From an uncultured Actinomycetes bacterium (lineage in GTDB: Bacteria; Actinomycetota; Actinomycetes; Streptosporangiales; Streptosporangiaceae): a DNA stretch of 64,000 bases. Below, one piece after another: positions 24,925 through 34,179 of the stretch (its first letter is position 1; each line of letters opens with the position of its first letter). A program made the translations under genes and the position numbers. Location: contig CAVRLA010000004.1 in the NCBI GenBank assembly GCA_963722055.1, positions 339,987 through 403,986 of the forward strand, written 5' to 3'. Under the pieces are notes generated by a model, which was not told the origin of the DNA, searched no databases, and saw only the letters and a list, made by a program, of their open reading frames with translations.

Positions 24925-27206
24925 TGGGACAGGGTGCCACTGCGGGCGTGCTCGCTTCCACCGCTCCCCAGAGAACGGAGGTCGAGCTGGTCATCGGCGG
25001 GATGACCTGCGCCGCCTGCGCGGCCCGGGTCCAGGCCAGGCTGAACAAGGTCGACGGTGTTACCGCAGCGGTCAATCTTTCGACCGAACGCGCCTACGTC
25101 GCGGCCCCGGCCCAGGTCTCCGTGCGGGACCTGATCGGCGTGGTCGAGGCGGCCGGCTATTCGGCCGCGCTGGCCGCCCCGGCCGAGGCCGATGCCGGCG
25201 CCGCAGCCGACGAGGCCGCGGTACGGCGACTGCGCCGCCGGCTGATCCTGGCGCTGGTCTTCTTCGTCCCGCTGACCGACCTTTCCCTGATTCTGTCGAT
25301 CCTCCCGTGGACCAGGTTTCCTGGCTGGCAGTGGTTCCTGGTCGTGCTGGCCGCGCCGGTCGCGATCTGGGCCGCGTGGCCGTTCCACCAGGCCGCGCTG
25401 AAGCAGGCCCGGCATTTGTCGTCGTCGATGGACACCCTGGTATCGCTCGGCATCGTGGCCGCTTGCAGCTGGTCGGTGTACGCGATGTTCGTCCTGGACC
25501 GCAGCCGAACCGGCGTGAGCGGCCTGCAGCTGATCCTGCATGGCTCGGGCGGGGGCATCTACCTCGAGGTCGCGGCTTCTGTGACTACATTCCTCCTGGC
25601 CGGCAGGCTCTACGAGGCCCGGGCCCGGCGGACCGCGGGCCAGGCCATGCGCGATCTGGCCGCCGCCGGGGCCAAGGAAGTCTGCCTGCTTGACCCCGAC
25701 GGCGGCGAACGGCGGATCCCGGCCCGCCTGCTCCAGCCTGGCCAGCGCTTCGTCGTCCGGCCGGGGGAGCGGATCGCCGCCGACGGCGAGGTGCTGTCCG
25801 GCCAGTCCGCCGTGGACCGCAGCATGATGACCGGCGAGTCAGTTCCGGTCGACGTCGCCACGGGCGACACTGTGACCGGCGGAACCATCACCTTGACCGG
25901 GCGGCTGGTCGTCCGCGCCAACAAGGTCGGTGCTGACACCCAGCTCGCCCATCTGATCCGCATGGTCGAACAGGCCCAGGCCGGCAAGGCCAACATCCAG
26001 CGCCTGGCCGACCGCATCTGCGCCGTCTTCGTCCCCGCCGTCCTGACCTGCTCGGCCCTGACCCTGGCCGGCTGGCTGGTGGCCGGCGGCCCAGCGAGCC
26101 ACGCCTTCAGCGCCGCGCTGGCCGTGCTGATCATCGCCTGCCCTTGCGCGCTGGGCCTGGCCACCCCGGCGGCCCTGGTGGTCGCCTCGGGCAGAGGCGC
26201 CCAGCTCGGCATCTTCATCAAGAGCTACCGGGCCCTGGAGTCCTCCCGCGCCATCGACACAGTCGTCCTAGACAAGACCGGCACTGTCACCACCGGCCGC
26301 ATGATGGTGACCGGAGTCGAGGCTATCCCCGGGGCCTCGCGGGCCGATCTGCTCCGCTACGCCGGCTCGGTCGAGCAGGCCTCCGAGCACGCCGTGGCCG
26401 CCGCCATCACCGCCCTAGCCCAGACAGAGGACGCTCCGCTAACGCCAGCCGACGGCTTCGCTGCCCTCCCCGGCCTGGGGGCGCGCGGCACCGTCGAGGG
26501 CCACGAGGTAACTCTCGGTCGCGCTCGGTTGTTCGCCGACCGCGGCGTCGAGATCCCTCCCGGCCTCGCCTCCTGGTGCAGCTCCCAGGAGGAAGCCGGC
26601 TGCACCACGGTGCTCGTGAGCTGGGACGACGAGATCCGTGGCGCCCTGGCCGTGACCGATACAATCAAGCCCTCCGCCCCCGCCGCCATCAGCCGCTTGC
26701 GTAACCTGGGCCTGCGCCCGATTCTGCTCACCGGCGACAACGCCGCCACCGCCCAGGCCGTCGCCGCCGCCGCCGACATTGACGAGGTCATCAGCGGCGC
26801 CCTCCCCGCGGCCAAGGCCCAAGTCATCACCGACCTGCAGACATCTGGCCGCCCGGTCGCCATGGTCGGGGACGGGGTCAATGACGCCCCCGCCCTGGCC
26901 GCCGCCCAGCTCGGGCTGGCCCTCGGTTCTGGCACCGACGTCGCTATCTGCGCCGCCGACATGATCCTGCTCCGCGACGACCTGACGGCCGTCCCCGAAG
27001 CCATCAGCCTGGCCCGCGCCACGTTCCGGACCATCCGGCGCAACCTGGGCTGGGCCTTCTGCTATAACCTGCTGGCCATCCCGCTGGCCGCCCTCGGCTT
27101 CCTCAACCCGCTGGTCGCGGCCGCTGCCATGACCCTATCCTCGGTCTTTGTCGTCTGGAACAGCCTCCGCCTCCGTCGCTTCTCCTCTTCGCACCGACTG
27201 AAGTGA
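24921..27206 (+). CDS. copA: second Cu(I)-type P1B ATPase
   Basis: 761 aa. GMTCAACAARV, ACPCALGLATP, DKTGTVT, GDGVNDAPAL. Confidence 0.95.
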   Translation: MMGQGATAGVLASTAPQRTEVELVIGGMTCAACAARVQARLNKVDGVTAAVNLSTERAYVAAPAQVSVRDLIGVVEAAGYSAALAAPAEADAGAAADEAAVRRLRRRLILALVFFVPLTDLSLILSILPWTRFPGWQWFLVVLAAPVAIWAAWPFHQAALKQARHLSSSMDTLVSLGIVAACSWSVYAMFVLDRSRTGVSGLQLILHGSGGGIYLEVAASVTTFLLAGRLYEARARRTAGQAMRDLAAAGAKEVCLLDPDGGERRIPARLLQPGQRFVVRPGERIAADGEVLSGQSAVDRSMMTGESVPVDVATGDTVTGGTITLTGRLVVRANKVGADTQLAHLIRMVEQAQAGKANIQRLADRICAVFVPAVLTCSALTLAGWLVAGGPASHAFSAALAVLIIACPCALGLATPAALVVASGRGAQLGIFIKSYRALESSRAIDTVVLDKTGTVTTGRMMVTGVEAIPGASRADLLRYAGSVEQASEHAVAAAITALAQTEDAPLTPADGFAALPGLGARGTVEGHEVTLGRARLFADRGVEIPPGLASWCSSQEEAGCTTVLVSWDDEIRGALAVTDTIKPSAPAAISRLRNLGLRPILLTGDNAATAQAVAAAADIDEVISGALPAAKAQVITDLQTSGRPVAMVGDGVNDAPALAAAQLGLALGSGTDVAICAADMILLRDDLTAVPEAISLARATFRTIRRNLGWAFCYNLLAIPLAALGFLNPLVAAAAMTLSSVFVVWNSLRLRRFSSSHRLK

Positions 27207-27246
27207 GCCGCGACCGATGTGCTAGACCATGATCCTATGAGCCCCG

Positions 27247-28110
27247 CTACGGGATGGTGAGGGCGGGGTAGATGGTGGCGTAGGCGTTGCAGGCGAGGAC
27301 GGCGGCGAGGGTGTCGTCGGGAAGGCCGAGGGCGGCCACGGCGCGCGCGTTCCTGGCCACGCCGGGGACGCCGGGCCAGTCGGTACCGAAGATCCACTTG
27401 CGGGCCAACGCGGGCAGGTCGAAGCCGGCGTAGTAGTCAGGCAGCCGCTTGGGCGGCAGCCCGGCCAGGTCGATCCAGACGTTGTCCCGGGCCAGCGCCA
27501 TCCCGGCGGCGTCGGCGTACCAGTGGCCGCGGCCGCCGTGGGCCAGCACGAACGGGACGCTCGGGTAGGCGGCGGCGATCGGGTCCATCAGCGCGGGGTC
27601 CCCCGCGTCAGCCTGCGACCCGGGGAAGATGCTCGGCCCGGTGTGCACGATCACCGGCACGCCGCGCTCGGCGCACAGGTCGTAGACCGGGTACATGTCG
27701 TCGCGGTCAACCCGGAAGGCGCCGTGCACCGGGTGCACCTTGACCGCGACGGCGCCCAGGGCGAGCTGGCGTTCGGCCTCGGCGGCGGGCGGGTGATGCA
27801 GCCGCGGGTTCACGTTGGCCACCAGGCAGTACCGCCGCGGGTTGTGCGCGGTTATCGGCAGCAGGTCCTCGATCGGCTGGATGCCGGTCGCTCCGGGGCT
27901 GTACTCGGCGAACAGCAGCGCGGCGTCCACGCCCTCGGCGTCGAGCAGCGCGTCGAGCCGGGCCGGGTCCGGGTCGCCGTCGGCGTCGAAGGCGTCCCGC
28001 CAGCCGGAATCCTGGCCGTACCTGACCGCCCACTCCAGCCACGCGGACGACACGGTGCTCAGCCTCGGCACGTGCATATGGGCGTCCACCACCGCCAGGC
28101 CGTCGATCAT
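27247..28110 (-). CDS. amidohydrolase-2 family metal-dependent hydrolase
   Basis: 287 aa. N-terminal VVDAHMHVP metal-binding motif and TIM-barrel hydrolase-like length. Confidence 0.7.
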   Translation of the reverse strand: MIDGLAVVDAHMHVPRLSTVSSAWLEWAVRYGQDSGWRDAFDADGDPDPARLDALLDAEGVDAALLFAEYSPGATGIQPIEDLLPITAHNPRRYCLVANVNPRLHHPPAAEAERQLALGAVAVKVHPVHGAFRVDRDDMYPVYDLCAERGVPVIVHTGPSIFPGSQADAGDPALMDPIAAAYPSVPFVLAHGGRGHWYADAAGMALARDNVWIDLAGLPPKRLPDYYAGFDLPALARKWIFGTDWPGVPGVARNARAVAALGLPDDTLAAVLACNAYATIYPALTIP

Positions 28111-28126
28111 CGCGCCTGCGTCCGGA

Positions 28127-28654
28127 TCAGCGGTCCAGGCGCCGCAGCTCGGCGCGGTACCGGCGGGCGGAGGAGACGTACTGCTGCACCGCGCCGTCCA
28201 CCCAGTCGCCGGACACGCCGGTCCGCTTGATCGTGGCCGGGACGCCCGCGGCCAGGGCGCCGGGCGGCACCTCGAAGCCCTCGGGGATCAAGGCGGCGGC
28301 GGCCACGATCGCGCCGGTCCCGACCCGGGCCCGGTTCAAGGTGACGGAGCCGGAGCCGATCAGGCACCGGTCCGCCACCACGCAGCCTTCCAGATGCGCG
28401 AGGTGGCCGACCACGCACTCGGCCCCGATCAGCGTCGGCCAGTCATGCGTGCAGTGGATCACGGTCCCGTCCTGCACCGAGGTCCGCGCCCCGATCTCGA
28501 TCCGGCCGTGATCGCCGCGCAGCACCGCGCCGGGCCACACCGAGGCCTCCGGGCCGATCCGCACCCGCCCGATGACCACGGCGTCGGGGTGGACGAACGC
28601 GGCTGCGTCGATGTCCGGCTCGTGCTCGCCCAGGGCGTAGATCGGCACCAGCAA
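28127..28654 (-). CDS. gamma-carbonic-anhydrase-like / hexapeptide-repeat (LbH) protein
   Basis: 175 aa. Left-handed beta-helix hexapeptide periodicity (IGRVRIGPEASVWPGAVLRGD..IEIGARTSVQDGTVIH). Confidence 0.8.
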   Translation of the reverse strand: MLVPIYALGEHEPDIDAAAFVHPDAVVIGRVRIGPEASVWPGAVLRGDHGRIEIGARTSVQDGTVIHCTHDWPTLIGAECVVGHLAHLEGCVVADRCLIGSGSVTLNRARVGTGAIVAAAALIPEGFEVPPGALAAGVPATIKRTGVSGDWVDGAVQQYVSSARRYRAELRRLDR

Positions 28655-28657
28655 ACC

Positions 28658-30184
28658 CTACCGTGCGGGTTCGGCGGCCAGATCGATGACACCGAAGCGG
28701 TGCTGGTCCCACAGGTGCAGCGACGCCTTCTCCGGATAGCTGGCCACGTCCGCCGGGTCGTCGAAGATGCGGGTCAAGCGGTGGCCGGGCGAGTAGGCCG
28801 GCCAACCGGGGTCGCCATCGGCGGCGAACGCCGTCCACTGCTGGCGCATTAGGTCGCCGAGGGCCACGGCGCCCGCGGGCGGCTCGGGACCGAACAGCAT
28901 CTGCCCGAGCGCCTCGAAGTTCCCGAACACCAGCGGCACGTCGATCGCGTGGCAGGCGCCGAAGTGGTTGACCGGCGCTGGGTAGCGGAGCTCGTACAGG
29001 AAGGTCCGGCCGCCGGAGGCGGAGTGCGCCTGGGCCAGGTGCAGGGTCGGCATCCGGAACAGCCAGTCGGAGTGGACCAGCTCGAACAGCGTCTCCGGGT
29101 CCGCGTCTGGGTAGGCGGCCCGGTAGGCGGCCGCGCCGCCCGTTCGGCCGCCCGAGGCCAGCGCGGTGAGCGCGTCGCTGGCCAGCTCGGCGCTCACCTG
29201 GCCACGCAGCCCGAAGACGTGCATGAACAGCCGGTATTCGTCGCGGGTGTGCCCGGTGATCAGGTCGATGTCCCGGGCCGTCCCGGCGGCTACGGCCTGC
29301 CACGGCGCGACCGGCAGCACCTCGCCGTCGACCACCGGCGAGAACGGCGTGGGAGTGTAGGCGACCGGTCCCCAGCGTCCGAAGTGGTCGGCTGGTCGCA
29401 CGGCGTCGGCGGCGGCGGTCAGCCGGGCCGGGTCGGCCGCGGCGAACGCTTCCGCGGTCGGCGGCAGCCCGGCCTGGGCGGCGATCGCGGCGGTGACGTC
29501 GGCAGCCAGCGCGGGCGAGAAGAACGTGCCGGGCACGCTCTGCGCGATCGCCCTTCGGAACAGGCCGGCCGCGTCCGGCATGACCAGCAGGGCGGCGATC
29601 GAGCCTGCGCCGGCTGACTCGCCGAAGACGGTCACGCGGTCCGGGTCGCCGCCGAACGCGGCGATGTTCTCCCGGACCCAGCGCAGCGCCGCGACCTGGT
29701 CCAGCAGCCCCCGGTTGGCCGGCGCTCCGGGCAGGTGGGCGAAGCCCTCCACGCCGATCCGGTGGTTGAAGGTGACCAGGACCACGTTCTGCCGGGCCAG
29801 CGGCGTCCCGTCGTAGCCGGGCAGGCTGGACGAGCCGGCGCGGTAGGCGCCGCCGTAGATCCACACCATGACCGGCAGCCCGGCCGCGCCCGGGTCGGGC
29901 GTAAACACGTTGACGGTCAGCCAGTCGTCCGGGTCGGCGCCCGGCGGCGGCGGCGGGGCCGGCGTCACCGCATAGGCGGACTGCGGCGGTGGCGGGCCGA
30001 ACTCCGCCGCATCCCGCACCCCGTCCCATCCCCGCGCCGGGTGCGGCGCGGCGAACCGCAGGTCGCCCACGGGCGGCTGGGCGAACGGGATCCCCCGGAA
30101 GGCGGCAATGCCAGGTTCGCCGGCCTCGCGCCGACCGCGGACCGGGCCGCTAGCCGTGCGGACGACGGGCTCGGTTACGTCCAT
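28658..30184 (-). CDS. type-B carboxylesterase/lipase
   Basis: The real gene is the 3' 508 codons of the 728-aa ORF, from ATG 30184 (MDVTEPVVRTASGPVRG...). Nucleophile elbow VFGESAGAGS. Confidence 0.9.
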   Translation of the reverse strand: MDVTEPVVRTASGPVRGRREAGEPGIAAFRGIPFAQPPVGDLRFAAPHPARGWDGVRDAAEFGPPPPQSAYAVTPAPPPPPGADPDDWLTVNVFTPDPGAAGLPVMVWIYGGAYRAGSSSLPGYDGTPLARQNVVLVTFNHRIGVEGFAHLPGAPANRGLLDQVAALRWVRENIAAFGGDPDRVTVFGESAGAGSIAALLVMPDAAGLFRRAIAQSVPGTFFSPALAADVTAAIAAQAGLPPTAEAFAAADPARLTAAADAVRPADHFGRWGPVAYTPTPFSPVVDGEVLPVAPWQAVAAGTARDIDLITGHTRDEYRLFMHVFGLRGQVSAELASDALTALASGGRTGGAAAYRAAYPDADPETLFELVHSDWLFRMPTLHLAQAHSASGGRTFLYELRYPAPVNHFGACHAIDVPLVFGNFEALGQMLFGPEPPAGAVALGDLMRQQWTAFAADGDPGWPAYSPGHRLTRIFDDPADVASYPEKASLHLWDQHRFGVIDLAAEPAR

Positions 30185-30244
30185 GGGCGCACCCTTGTCT
30201 CGTGCTTCCGGCTTGTCCGGGAGTCGCGGGGTACAGTCAACCGC

Positions 30245-30868
30245 ATGACCGGCGGCCGACGTGAGCTCACCCCGTTCAAGGGCGATCTGGAGCCAGACGA
30301 GGACTACGAGGGCCTGCGCTTCGCCGAGGCCACGTTCGACGAGGCCGCCGCGGGCGGCTGCCACTTCCTGGACTGCTCGTTCGTCAGCATCTCGTTCAGT
30401 GGCGGCCTGCTGCGCAAGAGCAGGTTCACCGACGACACGCTGCGGGAGGTCCGGTTCGTGGCCACCGACCTGGCCGAAACCGGCTGGCAGGACGCCACCG
30501 TGACCGGCTGCGCGCTGGCGGGCGTACAGGCCTACTCGGCCGCGCTGCGCCGCGTGGTGTTCCGCGACGGCAAGCTCGATTCGGTGAACTTCCGCGGCGC
30601 CGTGCTCACCGACGTGACCTTCGAGGACTGCGTGCTGCGCGACGTGGACTTCGGCGGCGCCACCCTGCTGCGGGTCAGCTTCGCCGGCTGCACCCTGACC
30701 GGGGCGGACTTCACGAAGGCGGCCTGCACGGAGGTCGACATGCGTGGCGCCCGGCTCGGCATCACCGCCGGGTACGACTCGCTGCGCGGCGTCACCATCG
30801 ACAGCGTCCAACTGGTGGCGCTCGCCCCGTACCTGGCCCGCCACCTCGGCCTGACCGTGGCCGACTGA
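30245..30868 (+). CDS. pentapeptide-repeat protein (MfpA/Qnr-like)
   Basis: 207 aa from in-frame ATG 30245. Continuous A(D/N)LXX-type five-residue periodicity (FRGAVLTDVTFEDCVLRDVDFGGATLLRVSFAGCTLTGADF). Confidence 0.8.
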   Translation: MTGGRRELTPFKGDLEPDEDYEGLRFAEATFDEAAAGGCHFLDCSFVSISFSGGLLRKSRFTDDTLREVRFVATDLAETGWQDATVTGCALAGVQAYSAALRRVVFRDGKLDSVNFRGAVLTDVTFEDCVLRDVDFGGATLLRVSFAGCTLTGADFTKAACTEVDMRGARLGITAGYDSLRGVTIDSVQLVALAPYLARHLGLTVAD

Positions 30869-30869
30869 G

Positions 30870-31586
30870 ATGGAGTACTACCAGCACGACCTGGCCCTGA
30901 TCCACGCGCGCGGCTTCGGCGAGTACGCCGACCGCTGCGCGCCCGGCCTGCTGGACCACCTGGCCCCGGTGCGAGACGGGCTGGTCCTCGAGCTGGGCTG
31001 CGGTGCCGGGGCGATGACCCGGCACCTGCTGGCCGCCGGTCACCGGGTCATCGCGACCGACGCGTCGGCCGCCATGGTCGAGCTGGCCCGGGCGGCGCTC
31101 GGCGCGGACGTGGACGTGCGCCAGCTGGTCCTGCCCGACGATCCGCTGCCGGCCGCGGACGCGATCGTGTCGGTCGGTCACGTGATCAGCTACCTGCCGG
31201 ACGCCGCGGCCGTCGACCTGGCCCTGGTCGCTATGGCCGGGGCGCTGCGGCCGGGCGGGGTGCTGGCCCTCGACGTCTGCGACCTGGAGCTCGGCCGGAT
31301 CCGCGCAGGCGAACTGCCGATCGGCCAGGCCGGTCCGGACTGGGCCGTCATCGCCGAGTTCTCGGCCCCGGCCCCGGACCGGGTGGTCCGCGACATCACC
31401 ACGTTCGTGCCGGACGCGGCGGGCGCGTGGCGGCGCGGCCGCGAGCGGCACGAGTATGTGCTCGTCGACACCTCGTCGATCCCGGTGCTGCTGGCTTCGT
31501 GCGGCGTGACCGCGACGGTGACGTCCGCGTTCGGCACCGCCGAGCTGCCGCCCGGGCTGCGGGCCGTGACCGGGGTCAGAAGCTGA
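30870..31586 (+). CDS. class I SAM-dependent methyltransferase
   Basis: 238 aa. Motif I VLELGCGAGAMT. Confidence 0.8.
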   Translation: MEYYQHDLALIHARGFGEYADRCAPGLLDHLAPVRDGLVLELGCGAGAMTRHLLAAGHRVIATDASAAMVELARAALGADVDVRQLVLPDDPLPAADAIVSVGHVISYLPDAAAVDLALVAMAGALRPGGVLALDVCDLELGRIRAGELPIGQAGPDWAVIAEFSAPAPDRVVRDITTFVPDAAGAWRRGRERHEYVLVDTSSIPVLLASCGVTATVTSAFGTAELPPGLRAVTGVRS

Positions 31587-32811
31587 CCCGGTACCAGGTG
31601 AGTCCGGCATCGTCGGTCAGCAGCAGCTGGCCGGGCCGCTGGCTGGCGTTGCCGTCGCTGTCGGCGGGTCCGTGCACCACCACCCCGTCGGTGGCGGTGG
31701 TGAAGCCGAGGTCGGCCCAGCCCATCCCGCCGTCGCCCTGCTCGTTCACGATCTGCCAGCTGACCCCGGCGTTCGGCGAGTAGAACAGCCAGCTCGCCGC
31801 GCTCGCGGTGGCGATGGCCAGCTGACCGGTCGCGGTGGCGGCGACGGTACCGCCGTCGCCGGCGGGGCTGGGCGCACCGGCCAGCGTCCAGTGCGCCCCG
31901 GCGTCGTCGCTGACGTACACGTGCTTGATCGTGTGCCCGGTGTACCCCTCGCCGGTACACAACATCGCCAGCCTGGTCGCGGAGATCACCGCCACCGATG
32001 GCGGCGGGGCGGGCGGCGGGCACGGGATCGGATACAGGTGGAAGCCGGGCTGGTCCGGGCGCAGGACGATCACGTCGGTGCCGACCACGGCGGCGGCGAC
32101 CCCCGCCTGGGTGGCGATCAGGTCGTCAGGGTCGAGCAAGCTGGTGACGGCGCCGTTCGCGACGCCGGTCCAGATGCCGCCGCGCAGCGGCCGGCTGGCC
32201 AGGACGCCGCGCTGATCGCAGCCGCCGCCCGGCGTACACCGCGCGGCGAGCACGAGCACCTGGCCCGGCACGATGGCCAGGGACAGCACCGAGCCGAACG
32301 GCGCCGTGACGCGGCTCCACCGCTCGCCGCCGTCGGTGGTCTCCCACAGTCCGTCGCCGAACACGAACCCGTGCTCGGGCGTGGCGAAGCGGATGCCCCA
32401 CACGACGGGCGCGCGGCTCAGCCCCGGCGTCCCGACCGGCACCGCCGGGGCGGGCAGGCCGGCCCAGCTCGCGCCCCGGTTCAGGGTGCGGACGATCGAG
32501 GTGCACGGCGCGTGCGCGCACGGCGCGGTGCCGAGGACGAACGCCTCGTCCGGCGACACCCAGGTGACCGACGTGGCCGCGAACCCGGCGGGCACCGGGC
32601 CGACGGGGGTCCGGCCGGTGGGGCCGCCTGAGGTTGGCGGGGGTGCGCTTGATATGGAACGGTCCGGGGTGCTCGTGCCGGGACCAGCGGGGGGCGCCCC
32701 GGCCGGTACGCGTACCGTGCCGCACCCCGCGACGCCCAGGACGGCCGCCGCCGCCAGCACGCCCACCCAACGAGACGTCAGCATGCCTACCATCTCCTCG
32801 CTGCTATGCAC
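31576..32811 (-). CDS. BNR/Asp-box repeat (Ycf48/sialidase-like beta-propeller) lipoprotein
   Basis: 411 aa. Lipobox LGVAGCG. Repeated Asp-boxes TTDGGERWSRV, SDDAGAHWTL, SPNAGVSWQI, TDDAGLTWYRV. Confidence 0.8.
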   Translation of the reverse strand: MHSSEEMVGMLTSRWVGVLAAAAVLGVAGCGTVRVPAGAPPAGPGTSTPDRSISSAPPPTSGGPTGRTPVGPVPAGFAATSVTWVSPDEAFVLGTAPCAHAPCTSIVRTLNRGASWAGLPAPAVPVGTPGLSRAPVVWGIRFATPEHGFVFGDGLWETTDGGERWSRVTAPFGSVLSLAIVPGQVLVLAARCTPGGGCDQRGVLASRPLRGGIWTGVANGAVTSLLDPDDLIATQAGVAAAVVGTDVIVLRPDQPGFHLYPIPCPPPAPPPSVAVISATRLAMLCTGEGYTGHTIKHVYVSDDAGAHWTLAGAPSPAGDGGTVAATATGQLAIATASAASWLFYSPNAGVSWQIVNEQGDGGMGWADLGFTTATDGVVVHGPADSDGNASQRPGQLLLTDDAGLTWYRVSF

Positions 32812-32846
32812 TGAGACGAAGCAGCGGAGGTTTGGTTGGGACCGGA

Positions 32847-32888
32847 TCTAGCCGAGCGCGTGCACGGTCTAGCCGAGCGCGTGCACGG
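32847..32888. repeat. perfect 2 x 21-bp tandem duplication spanning the stop codon of the MurD-like gene
   Basis: tctagccgagcgcgtgcacgg occurs at 32847-32867 and again at 32868-32888. The copy at 32868-32888 encodes the last codons (AVHALG) and the stop. The other copy lies just 3' of the gene. Confidence 0.95.
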
Positions 32889-34179
32889 CTTGGGCGAAGG
32901 CCTCGCTGCGGTCGCGGTAGTCGCGGAACCGCCCGAAGCTCGGCGCGGCCGGGGACAGCAGCACCACCCCGTCGGGCCGGGCCCAGCCGAAGCCCGCGGC
33001 CACGGCCTCGTCCAGGCCGGGGCAGTCGGTCACGCTGACGCTCCCGGCGGCCCGTTCGATCTCGGCCCGGATACGGGGCCCGCTGTCCGGCAGGGCCAGC
33101 ACAAACGTCGGCGCGTCCCGGGTTTGTACGGCCGCGGCGAGCGGCGCGTAGTCGATGCCCCGGTCGTGGCCGCCTACGATCAGGACGATCTTCCGGCCGG
33201 GGAACGCGTCCAGCGCGGCCAGGGTGGGCAGCACGTTGGTGGACAGGCTGTCGTCGACGAACGTGACCCCGGCGACCGTCGCGATCGGCGCAAGCCGGCT
33301 GGGCAGCGGGTGGTAGCCCGCGGCGGCCGCGCGCATGGCCCGGTCGTCGCCGGCCCCGGGCACGCCGAGGGCGGCCAGGCACCGGCGGGCGATCAGCGCG
33401 TTGCGCCGGTTGTGCCGACCGAGCAGCGAGAGCGGATCCATCCAGTCCGCGCCCGGGTCGTCGTCCTGCGACACCCATTCCACCCGGGGCCCGAGCAGGT
33501 TCTCGCGGTGCCTGAGCGCTTCGCTGTCGCCGTTGGCCACGGTCAGGTCGGCGCCCGGCTGGGTGCACATGGACAGCTTGTCCCGGTAGTACTGCTCCAC
33601 TCCCCCGTGCCAGTCGAGATGATCCGGGTGCAGCGAGGTGACCGCGGTCACGGGCGGCGTGCAGGGCAGGTCGGTGGCCTGGTAGCTGGACACCTCGATA
33701 ACCCAGTAGTCCACGTCGGCGGGCTCGGCCGGGTCGTAGGGCACCACGCCGATGTTGCCCCCGACCAGGCACGTGTAGCCCAGCCCGGTGAGCAGGTGCC
33801 CGGTGAGGGACGCGGTGGTGCTCTTGCCCTTGGTGCCGGTCACGCACAGCACCCGGCGCAGGTCCTGTTCGGCGAGCCATAGGCCCAGGCCGCCTACCAC
33901 CGGCACGCCCAGCCCGGCCAGCCGGGCCACCTCGGGCCGGTACCGGCTCAGGCCCGGCGTCTTGACCACCACGTCGCACCGTTCCAGGGCGGCCAGGCCG
34001 CCCTGGCCGGTGGCGAGCACGTCCGGCTCGAGCCCGTCCTGGTCGTCGACTAGGACGGGCTCGACCCCGAGAGCGCGTAGCTTGCGCAGGTTGGCGCGAC
34101 CCTCGCGGCCCAGGCCCCAGACGCCGACCCGGGCGCCGGCCAGGTCGGACCAGGACAGCTTCGGCCGGGGATCGGTCAT
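32869..34179 (-). CDS. murD2: Mur ligase, MurD-like (candidate MurD2, UDP-MurNAc-L-Ala:L-Glu ligase)
   Basis: 436 aa. N-terminal Rossmann VGVWGLGREG, P-loop VTGTKGKSTTASL. 4-nt overlap with the upstream MurL-like gene. The MurD2 versus canonical MurD call is an inference from gene pairing. Confidence 0.6.
   Translation of the reverse strand: MTDPRPKLSWSDLAGARVGVWGLGREGRANLRKLRALGVEPVLVDDQDGLEPDVLATGQGGLAALERCDVVVKTPGLSRYRPEVARLAGLGVPVVGGLGLWLAEQDLRRVLCVTGTKGKSTTASLTGHLLTGLGYTCLVGGNIGVVPYDPAEPADVDYWVIEVSSYQATDLPCTPPVTAVTSLHPDHLDWHGGVEQYYRDKLSMCTQPGADLTVANGDSEALRHRENLLGPRVEWVSQDDDPGADWMDPLSLLGRHNRRNALIARRCLAALGVPGAGDDRAMRAAAAGYHPLPSRLAPIATVAGVTFVDDSLSTNVLPTLAALDAFPGRKIVLIVGGHDRGIDYAPLAAAVQTRDAPTFVLALPDSGPRIRAEIERAAGSVSVTDCPGLDEAVAAGFGWARPDGVVLLSPAAPSFGRFRDYRDRSEAFAQAVHALG

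Noticed and set aside
28443-30844. ORF 28443-30029 (528 aa), the 5' 220 codons of ORF 28658-30844 and the 5' part of ORF 29735-30868
   Set aside because: Shadow or extension frames. The esterase starts at ATG 30184 (family N-terminus) and the pentapeptide protein at ATG 30245.
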